Shown in pieces: positions 21,608 to 32,000 of a DNA stretch of 32,000 bases. Below the pieces are notes generated by a model, which did no database searches, had not been told where the DNA came from, and saw only the letters and a program-made list of their open reading frames with translations. Position 1 is the stretch's first letter. Each line of letters starts with the position of its first letter. The DNA is from Zygophlyctis sp. KS116 (taxonomy: Eukaryota; Fungi; Chytridiomycota). The translations under genes were made by a program, and so were the position numbers. The stretch lies in assembly GCA_054661495.1 (NCBI GenBank), contig BAAFSQ010000018.1:30001-62000 (forward strand), given 5' to 3'.

Positions 21608-22959
21608 TCAGGCACACTTTATCCCCATTTTTTGAATGTCTCGATAATCAGACAGTAATTTGGTTTGTAATTGATTATCAAAAGTATCAAATAGAGTTTT
21701 AAACTTGTTTTCAAATATTTTGTGTCTTAAATGGTCTCTAAATCTTTTGTTGTGGATCGTCTTTTTAAATAGGGAGAGTGATAAGTTTGGTTTTCCAATT
21801 AATTGAAGGATTTGTGCAGTTTGGATTTGATTTAAAGTAAATTTAATTGAATCTGGTCCATAATGCTCTAGTAAAAGGTTATTTAATATCTTTTGTTGAC
21901 TTAATGCTTGTTCAAATTTCATGACTTGAATCAACATTTGTACGTAATGATTCTAAAAATTAAAAATCTTAAATTACTCCAAGAGAAATAAAGAAATTCA
22001 ATTCATCTCCATTTAAAGATTCGTATTTTAGAGTATTTAATGTAGATTCTTCTGCAATTTCCAATGCATGATTTACATCTTCTTTACGTAGTTGATTGAT
22101 AAGCAAGATCTTTAATTTGAGAGTTTTAGAAATATCTCTAGGATTTAGAGAATCATTCAATTCATTTGCCATTTTTAAGTACATTAGAGATTTTTCCATT
22201 TCACTAGATAATCCAGAAATCTGATTCATTCTTAAAAGTATTTCCAAATGATCATTTTCATCAGTATAAAGTTTCTTTTCTAAAATTTCAGAGTATTTCT
22301 CTAAAGCTAAAAGATAAAGATTTTGAGAATCAAATAGTTCTGCCATAGTTCGGACGTATAAATAGTCTAATTTGTCACTAGAAATATTAAAACAAGTTGA
22401 TAGTGAGACTCCCTTTTTTAAAAGATCGCTTGCTTTATTAAATCTAGAAATTAATCATTGTTTTAAATTACTTTTTTTGAGATATGTTTCCTCTTGCAAT
22501 CAAAAAGTATGCCTTGATCTTGAATTCTAGAGTCTGGTTATTTTGAGGTAAAGTTGAGATATGCTTTAACAGAGTACAAGAATGATCGCTTGCTTGATCA
22601 TACAGTTTTCTACTATAATACATATCTGCAAGATCAGATATTGCCGACAACGTTTTAATATCAATGCTATTTAAAATATATAATTTTGCGATAAGAATGG
22701 ATTGAAGAGCACATGCATGCATCATATCTCCTAGTTCAATATCGGATTTTATCTTTAATTCTAGATCATGCAAGCCATCCGATGATTCCCGAACTGACGC
22801 TGAATACAATGGTCGTACCAACGATGAGGGAAATCCGAGATCAGACTCAAAAACCAAAGTTTTACTTTTTACAGATTTAGCAAGGATTAATGCATCATCG
22901 ACTTGCTTTGAAAGACTCTTGATATCTTCAATAAGAGCACATATATCATCAACAGCCAT
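21608..22959 (-). CDS. Helical-repeat (TPR-like) hypothetical protein, 3 exons
   Basis: Three ORFs join in frame through short GT-AG introns near 22471-22444 and 21977-21953; TPR-like pattern (LADMYYSRKLYDQA). Confidence 0.6.
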
Positions 22960-22986
22960 TCGGAAGTTTAGGTGGGTGGGACAGCA

Positions 22987-24282
22987 ATGAGCAAAGAGTT
23001 GAATATCAATCTTTCTCTTGATCGTATTAGGCTACTACTTGATGCATTGGGAAATCCATTCGAAGATCTTAAAATAATTCATATTGCCGGAACAAATGGT
23101 AAAGGATCAGTTTGTGCATTCATGGCTAGCATTTTAAAAACTTGCGGATACAAAACTGGACAATTTAATTCTCCTCACTTTTTAGATCCGTCCGATTCAA
23201 TTCTTATTGATGGAAAACCATCCGTATTGTATGCCGATATCTACTCCAAAGTTTTTAAATTATCAGAATTACAAAACTTTAAATGCACACCGTTTGAAAT
23301 CATGACAGCAACTGCATTCATGATTTTCAAGGAAGAAAAAGTAGATATTGCTCTGGTAGAAGTAGGACTCGGTGGTAGATTGGATGCTACAAATGTCATT
23401 CCTCCTCCATTAATTGCTGTTATTACAAGTATTTCATTAGATCATATGGAATACCTGGGTGATACTGTTCAAGATATAGCAAAGGAGAAATGTGGTATTA
23501 TTAAAAATGGTTCAAAAGCTGTAATTGTTTCAAGTCAGTCTTTTGATCAAGTGAATGAAATTGTTGAATCTTTTACCGACAAATGCACCGACTGCGAGGT
23601 AATTTAGCTTTTATCTTAAGAGTAGATAGTTAAAGTAGTCTTAAATTCTATAGAAATTAATTCTGAAAAAGATTGTGATTGGATCAGGATTTATTATTTT
23701 TCTGAACCATGTTATTTACCTATAAAACTTTATGGAAATCATCAGATTAATAATGCATGTACATCTCTTTTAGCACTCTCAAGACTTGAAAAAATTGATG
23801 ATAAATTCTCTTTTTCTTTTGAAAATATCTACAAAGGAATGGAAAATGTGTATTGGCCTGGAAGATTAGAAAAAATCCAATTTAGAAATAGATCAATCTT
23901 TGTAGATGGTGCACATAATGTCGCTGGAGCTAAATCTGTAAAAGAATTTTTAAAAAAACAAAATTATACCGCTATAACATGGATATTGGGATTCTCTTTG
24001 AATAAGGATTTGAATGGAATTTTAAGAGAATTAGTCGGAGAGAATGATACCGTCATTGGGATGCCTTTTAAAGCTCCTGAAAATATGCCTTGGATTAAAT
24101 GTATTTCTCCTTTTGAAATAGGAAAAATAGTAAAGAGTATGTCACTTGAAGTAGTATATCTTGAAGCAGCTGATTTTGATGATGCCTTCAAGTTTGCTGA
24201 TCAGTCAAGTTCCCAGATTGTATTATGTGGATCATTGTATTTAGTGTCACAATTTCACTCTTGGCGGCTGAATTCATCTTGA
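22987..24282 (+). CDS. FOL3: Dihydrofolate synthase / folylpolyglutamate synthase (FolC family)
   Basis: IHIAGTNGKGS, FNSPHF, EVGLGGRLDATN, ISLDH..LG, WPGRLE, VDGAHN, LCGSLYLV; 27-nt intron 23599-23625. Confidence 0.9.
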
Positions 24283-24450
24283 TTTTTAACATGTTTAGAT
24301 TCGAAAACTAATTGAAAATAAAATCGGACATGCGACTTTTTAAAAAGTGTTACACGTAAACACTCCTAATTTCTACCCTAAAAATCCTCTTAACCCAGAA
24401 AATGGGAATTAGAAGAAACAGTAACCTAGTACCGAGCCTGCTCCTAAAAA

Positions 24451-27400
24451 ATGAATTTCTCAATTTTGTAAGTGAATTAAACTAATTGCAAGAAATCAGA
24501 CGATCGCACTTGAGCCAGACTTTGAAAACTCTCGGATGATGGTAAAATAATATGTCAACTCATTCCAAGGGCTGGACTGATCTCACAATCTCACCATCAT
24601 CAATGGACTTTAAACAATTTCGAATAAATTGTCGTCAGGCGGAAATTCTTTCAGTGTTTGTCAATTCTGTACCAGCGCTATTTAATCATTGTGATCCGCT
24701 TGCAGATATTCTCCCAGACAAGAATCCGTTTCATCATTTAGAGGCTTCAGAACTATTGGCAAAAGCAGTTGTAGAGGGGGACAAGGGAGAACTATTGATT
24801 TATATTCCTGAATCTGTAGAAATTACTAGGATTGATGGGCTGGATGCAGTTGAAGATAATCCAGGTAACTACTAGAAATTTAGAGAAATTTAGAAAATGA
24901 AAATAATGAAGCTTCGAATTTTACGCCGTTGGTGGTCAAAATAATATATTGTTTAAATAATCCAAAGTATGGACTATACTTTGTGCTGCCAGATGATGTG
25001 GGTGCTGCAGATGTAGATTTGGTTTAAAATATCTAATTTTTAGAGACTGCCTCACCTTTACGTTAATAATGGGGCTTGGGGACCAAGATCATGGGTTCCA
25101 TGTGTAGATAAAGATACTGTAAAGTGTACTTGGGGTTTGGAAATTACAATTCCAGTTAATATGGATACGGCATTAGGAAGAAAAACTAATTTAAATAGGA
25201 ATATGGTTGCAATTGCTTCTGGAGATCTAGTTGATCATCTCATTCATCCTCTTTCTGAATCAAAAAAGATTTTTGTGTATTCTATTTCGACTCCAGTAGC
25301 TGCTTCAAGTATTATATTAGCAATTGGGCCTTTTGAATCTACAGGAATAAAAGGATGGGGGAGATCTAACTCGTTACAAGTAGATTCATCAGTTCCAGAT
25401 TTGGAAGAAATTGATAGACCTGCCGAAGGTAGATTTTCTGGTGGGGGAAGAACTTTTTATTTACACGGACAAAGAGCAAGAATAGAACAATCGACTGGAT
25501 TTTTATGTCATGCGCTGGATTTTCTGGAGCAATATATGGGATCATATCCCTTTTCTTCTTATAAGCAGGTCTTTGTCGATGACACATACTCTGTAGTATC
25601 AACAGGAGCTACTATGGCTATTTTGAATTCTAGTTTGTGCTTGGAAAAGGACAATATAGATTATATATATGATAGTAGAAGACAAATAACTCGAGCATTA
25701 ACATCACAATGGATTGATCACTATCTCAGTTTTGCTAGCTGGGCTGATGTTTGGCTATCAATAGGTTTAAACAATTATGTCACCGCATTATTTCTGCAGA
25801 AGCATCTCGGAAATAATGAATTTAGATATCGTCTAAAATCGGATATAAGGAAGGTTTGTAGTCTTGACATTTCCCAGCTACCTCTATATCCTATTCCTCC
25901 GGACACAAAGGACATCCCATTAGAACCGAAATATCTTCACGCTTATTTGTTTGATAGAGAAAATCTATTCAGCTCCCAAAGACACCAATTACTTAATCTT
26001 AAAGCACCAATAATTCTTTACATGTTTGAAAGGTGGCTTGGAAAAGGATTGGTTCAAAAGACATTGAATAAATTTATGGTTAGTGCAATGTCAGATGAAC
26101 TTCCCAACGGTATATCAACTGCTCAATTTCTGAAAGTTGCTCGAAAAATTTGTGCCAAGGTTGAAGTAAAGACTTTTGCAGATCTTTGGATTTATGGTGC
26201 CGGATGTCCTCGTTTCAATATAAAATTCTTTTTTAATAAGAAAAAGATGGTTGCAGAATTTAAATTTGTTCAAGAATGTACAAACACTAATAGCGGGACT
26301 AGATTCTATGGACCTTTGACGATTCGGCTCATTGAGCCTGGTGGAATATATGATCAGCAGATTTTAATTCAGGACATACAAAAGAAATATATATTACCAT
26401 ATAATACCAAATATAAGCGGCTTAAAAAAAGTATTAATATACGATCCGGAGAAATAGATGGGGTCATACAAGATGTCGTGGAGCTAATAGAAGTATCGGA
26501 TGATGAGCCAGATTCTGAAACAACTCTTAGGGTTATTTACGAGTGGATAAGAATTGACCCGGAGATGGATTGGCTATGTGAGCTAACTTTTGATCAACCA
26601 GAGATAATGGCAGTGACTCAGCTTAAAAATGATAGAGATGTTATTGCTCAATATGAAGGAGTAAGGACTTTGGGAAAGTTTCCTTCTGCTCTTACAACAG
26701 CTACGCTTGTGTCTATTATTAAGGACACAAATATATTTTACAGAGTTCGAATGGATGCAGTTTACGCCTTAGCTCAACATGGAAATCATACTGCGGAAAT
26801 GATTGGAGTGAATATTATCAAGCGCTTGTATAGAGATCAGTTTTGTAGACCAATGAGAGATGTCAGGGGAGCATTTTTCCCTAAACAAAATAATTTTCAA
26901 ATAATTCAAAATTATTATGTTCATAAGGTAAAAAAAAAGAGTTTTTGTTTGCTTATATCTAGGCTTTATTGCAGGTGATGGGAGAGACTAGAAATGATAA
27001 AGGAATCGTTCCTTTCGAATCAAGGCAAGTTCTTCTTGATGCTCTGATTTATAACGATAACTCTCTCAACGACTTTTCTGACGAATATTTATTATCAACC
27101 ATGCTAACTGCTCTTTGTGACTCATTTTTACCGGAAGATGTAACTTTACCGCAGCAGGAGCTGACAAGAAATCTTCAGATATCTGACGTAGAAATTTTAG
27201 ATTTCCAGGGGAAAAGGAATCCATCCGCTCAGATGAATAAGACTGAAATGGCATTTCTAAAACTCATGTTCAATGAATTTGAACGGTTGAGAGATAGTGA
27301 CCGTTTGGTTCAATCATATCATAATATAACCACCAATACTGTATTACAGGTATCTTGAATGTTTTAAACTACAGTGTTATTTCAAATGGATGATGTTTGG

Positions 27401-29220
27401 GCTGATACCAGTTGATATACCAACATTTTTAGGATATACTCGCTATGGAACGTTTTACGGTCTGAGAATTTACGCAACTGATTGTGTATTGCTGCTAAAT
27501 GGGCTGAAAAACGAAGATATTTTACAGTACTTTTTGTATATGATGGTACACGATCCAGATCCAGCATTCAGGTACCATTTGATATCATCGTTCTCTAAAA
27601 TAATTCGGCTTAAATCTCTGAATAACAATTTAATGCGATATAGAGATCAAAATGATCTTTGGTCTTATATAGATCCCGAATTCTTGGCATCGGAAGAGCT
27701 TGGAAAGCATATATGGTCTCTTTTAATGTATGGTTGCATTTATTTAACTTAAAGTTCCCCAACAACTGATCGTCGTACAAAAAGTGAGGCGCTATTAATT
27801 TGTGAAAATCTCTATATTTTGCCACAAGAATTGATAATTCAACCTGCTCAAAAATTAAAACTGAAGGTGGTGCCAGTCAGCACAGATGATGCCCTTGTAA
27901 CTTTCTTTTAATTTATGTATAGATGAGTGATAATACTGTGCCAGCTCAAGATGAGTCATTACAAAATGAAGTTAATGGCACTCTTACGCAACCTTCTTCT
28001 GAGCCGGAAATTGATTATGAAGCCATGAATCCTACAGGAGTTCTCATCATCAAAAGACTAAGAGAAAATATCAATGCGGGACCTTTTCTTGAGCCCGTTG
28101 ACGAATTGATGGTCCCGCGCTACTATTCAGTAATCAAAAATCCAATGGATTTACAGACAATTTCAGAAAATATGAAGAATGGTGTTTACGGAGAACGATT
28201 AGCTACGCTTTTGGTCGATATCAGGCAAATTTTCAAAAATTGTTACCAGTTTAATTTGAAGGATAGTGCTATTTATCAACACTCGGAACGTTTGGAGCAG
28301 TATTTTGAGCGAGAACTTTTACCAGAAGCGGTTCCTGAAATGGCAGCAGTGCTTCCAGTACATCAAAATGAACCAAAAGCTTCGCCTTCTACAACTACTG
28401 TTGAAAAAACCATTGTAAAAAAAGAGCCTGTGAATCGTGACATTGTTCCAGAAATCGACTACCCTTGTTTGGAAATTCAACCTACAGTTAAATCAGAAAC
28501 TCCTTCCACTCTAAGTCTTAATGAATCCAACAGTTGCCGACGCATTCTAAACAAAATATCCAACAATGAAAGCAGTTTTTGGTTCCATGCTCCAGTAAGA
28601 TAATATAAAGTTTATATTAGGTGGATCCTATAGCTCTTGGAATTCCTCATTATTTTGATATTATCAAAACTCCCATGGATTTTGGCACAATCAATAACAA
28701 ACTGAACACCTCAATCTATTCTCATGTTCAAGAATTTATCAATGATGTCGAACTGGTTTTTAATAACGCAATGGCTTTCAATCCTCCAGATTCTCCAGTT
28801 TTCCGGGCCGCCAAATCTTTATTGAACTACTTTGAAAAGAACTTTTCAAAGCAAAAACTAAAGGAAATCAAGACAAAGTTGGAGAATCCAAATGACCCAT
28901 ACTCAAACATTAGCAGAATCATTTCCAAACTAAAGGAACATCCCGATGGATCAATATTTCTATTTCCTGTGGACCCTATTATATATCCAGACTATCATAA
29001 GATAATAACCAATCCGATCGATCTAGAGACAATGTCAGATAAACTTGAAAACAATCAGTATTCAACAGAGAATGATTTTAAGAGTGATATGGAGCTGATG
29101 ATTAGAAATTGCTTTCGATATAATCAGCCCGGAACGATTGGATACGTGATGGGGATTAGATTCGAAAAGGCATTCAAAAAAGAATGGGAGAATCTTGTTA
29201 AAAGAAGCAAGAAAACTTAA
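24451..29220 (+). CDS. TAF2: TFIID subunit TAF2 fused to three C-terminal bromodomains
   Basis: M1-aminopeptidase-like TAF2 motifs (RSWVPCVD, YPFSSYKQVFVD, LGNNEFRY, WIYGAGCP, WIRIDPEMDW, DRDVIAQYE, YNDNS.N.FSD). In-frame splicing (introns 27728-27754, 27897-27922) links this to three bromodomains (YYSVIKNPMDL, YFDIIKTPMDF, YHKIITNPIDL). Confidence 0.88.
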
Positions 29221-29283
29221 TACTATGAAAAAGATGAATTTTATAATTGCTATATACCAAGTTTAGCTGAGCGGAGATTTTGA

Positions 29284-32000
29284 ATGACGTCTTATCGGAT
29301 GGATTCATCATCTAAACGAGTGACATTTGGTGAGTCAAACATCCAGAACGAATCTATTTATTCAGCTCGATGTACAATTAAATCCATCTTTACTGATGAT
29401 GAATTGGGATCGCTTCCTCAAAATCTAAAGACTGCGATTGAGCGATCAGAACATAATCATTTAGCAAAAATACACTTGGGAAAACTCTTGAAGAATGGAC
29501 GATCTAGTCTTTTAAACAATAGACAGAAATTTAGCAGGTAGTAATTATTATTTTACCTGAAAGAGCGTTGGGAATTATGGGATATGAACAGCTTCCTTTA
29601 AAACCTTTGGATGTAGTCATTGTAATAAGCCTGTTATAACGTTAGGCGACAAGAGAACGACGGCTGCAGTCAAGTACTTTAACGGAGAATCGTATTTTTA
29701 AAATGATTGATCATAGAGAGAAAGGAATTGAATTCAATTGATCAAATGAATTTAAAAGAACTAATGATGACTATTATTGACGAAATTAAGAATTTTAATT
29801 GGCTAACGGAATCCGAAAAAATCGATATTGTATTTTTATTGATTTTAAGTTTAAGGTTCACACTTTCTCAAGTGAAATCGCTACAAGATTTAATGATATT
29901 CAGTTATTAATGGACACAAACATATCACCAATTCACAATCGGAGGATGTTTATATGTATATTCAGAAAAATAAGAATTATTCGTGATCATGCATTAAATG
30001 CATGCAGGAAAAAAAAGATTAGTAAGATTCGTTTTTTAATGTAAGAAATGGAAAAATGTGCTATATTTAATGAAGAGATTAATAGTGGAAGAATAGTTTC
30101 TAATTTCAGGATAGAATTCAATCAGAGGTAAATTTGGGGCTGAAATATTAAAACTTAGGATGAATATGCCTAGAATTGTTGAAGAGGCTAAAATGGAGGT
30201 GGAGAAATTGAACAACAATTTTGAAGGGGAGAGTCTACCAGAAACAGATAAAAATGACGGAGTAAATTTATATGATCCTTTTATATTTAGATTTCTGAAG
30301 CCATTGCAAAGATTTTTCATGAAATGCCAGCTCTTCCCCCAATACCAGACAAAATTATGCTTGACTATAATCTTCGGCATAATAGGAGCAAATCTATTCA
30401 GGACTCAAAAATACCTCAAAGATATAAGCGCAAATCATCTATATTCCAATCTCAAAAAAAGGAAAAAATATTGGACCCGTATGCTAATATTTTACATGAT
30501 CTTGGGAGGATTCGAAAAAGAAACGAAAAATCTTCCCAGCGAAGAAGAAGTAAACTTAATGATAGTGACTCTGATAATGATAATTGGTCTGATTTAGACC
30601 AAACGGATGTTAACACTGTAGAGAATCCAGTTTTAAGATCGCATGTCGAGATGGTAAAAAAACTCAAATCCAAAAAGGAAGATATTCCCAGTAAGCCACC
30701 CGAGAGGTATCTTCCAAAAAGTATGTTTGCTAGCAAATCAATATTTGTGGTTGACAATAACGTAATATTTGTTTAATAATCATCAGGAAACAACTTTTGA
30801 AGACGAAAAATCTCTCAATTTGGAATACACTGAATTGATTATGCCTAACAAGGTGATTCGTCGAAATTAAAGTCAAGGCTATATTCCGTTCCATGAATAC
30901 TATGGCTTCAGAAAGGATACCAAAGGGATTGTTTGATCTTTCGAATAGTCATTCATTTGGCCTGTCATTTAATGAAGATGATTTTGATCAACTAGGTACT
31001 TAATTCTTTATTTGATGTCTAAGATGAAAAATGGAAAAGATTTAAAGAAGTAGAAGAGCTTTATGATGAAATAATGAAAAGTATTGTTGGGAGTCATTCT
31101 ATGACAAAGGACAGTAGGCTAATTTATATGTTTAACACAAGATGATGATACATCTATTTATGGTTGTAATACAGCACCATATGATCCCCATGTTCAATTC
31201 TCAGAAGCGTTCCTTGGCTTCCGGCCCAACTACAGGAGAATGCTTGAAATTCAACTAACGATGCAAAAAATGGCAAGTATTATTGAAAAGCCGACCTCTA
31301 AAGCACAAAATGAAACCAACAAGAAATCTAAAAAAGAAGAAGAAGCTGCAGACTTTGGTATTTCAGATTATAAAGATTTCTTGAAAGTCAGAAAGTTGGA
31401 TTTTATCTCTGATCTAATTGTGGGAACTGAAGAATCAGCAAAAGCGATATTAGACGACGAAGAAAGACGCCTTAGAGAAGAGGCGGTGTCACAGAAACGA
31501 GAAGAAGAAGAAACGAGAAGAAAAGAACGTCACGAATCTCTAGAATTCCGTCGTGGAACCTGGAATTCAAAAATCATCAATTATATTGGTGATATGAAGA
31601 CTCGTAATGGACTAATCATCATAGAAGAAACTGAATCAGCTTCAATTGATGCATCGACAGCAAAAATTAGCCAATCGCCTAAAAAAATCAGTCTATTCTC
31701 CAATAATACTCCACAATCTAGTAGTATAGCGTTAGTTCAAGACTTGCAGCAAAGATTTGAGATCATTTGGTCAAATCTAAAAATGCCATTAGACCAGAAA
31801 ATCGACATGGTAAAACTTATTTTTCCTAATTTCCAGGCAATTAAACATGGCAATCACCGCAATTCATCCATATCATCTGTAAGAAATTTATTTTAAATAT
31901 TTCAGAAATCATTATCAATGTGGCAAACTGCTTCTGATCTTATCCTTGCTCGTGAAAAAATCTTGTCTGATATTTACAAATTTGAATCCGAATGCCTTCA
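29284..32000 (+). CDS. CCDC87-like coiled-coil protein, many exons, runs off the window
   Basis: Successive short exons splice in frame. EVEELYDEIMK, DYKDFL...DFI, GTWN and LQQRFEIIWSNLKMPLDQKIDM|AIKHG...WQTASDLILARE resemble my recollection of the CCDC87 C-terminal region. Confidence 0.6.

Noticed and set aside
17303-24282. Bacterial-like AspRS and FolC as recent horizontal transfers
   Set aside because: Both are standard eukaryotic genes of these types and carry native-type short introns.

Overview
AT-rich, very compact eukaryotic genomic window with tiny (mostly 23-33 nt) GT-AG introns. The gene content points to a flagellated fungus, probably a chytrid: it has KIF9 and a CCDC87-like gene alongside fungal-type housekeeping genes. 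Most ORF-track entries are exons of about 18 spliced genes: coiled-coil/SAM protein, PEHE-motif protein, RPEL protein, KIF9, AlaRS, PWWP protein, TPMT-like methyltransferase, RPL30, DUF3844 protein, mitochondrial AspRS, eIF2B-alpha, acidic secreted protein, DOLPP1, TPR-like protein, FolC/FOL3, TAF2 fused to three bromodomains, a CCDC87-like gene and one unknown. The standout, largely invisible in the ORF track, is a family of plant-type LRR receptor-like genes: two intact tandem copies (12160-12982, 13563-14472) and one pseudogene (453-849). The intact copies encode signal peptide, Cys-rich cap, LRRs, a GxxxG transmembrane helix and a short tail. Each internal LRR is encoded by its own exactly 72-nt phase-2 exon, the copies differ in LRR-exon number, and their divergence concentrates in the codons flanking the introns. 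A Tc1 transposase remnant sits between the copies. A U25/snR56-like box C/D snoRNA lies in the unusually long RPL30 intron. Gene models were spliced by hand and family calls come from recalled motifs, not database searches.
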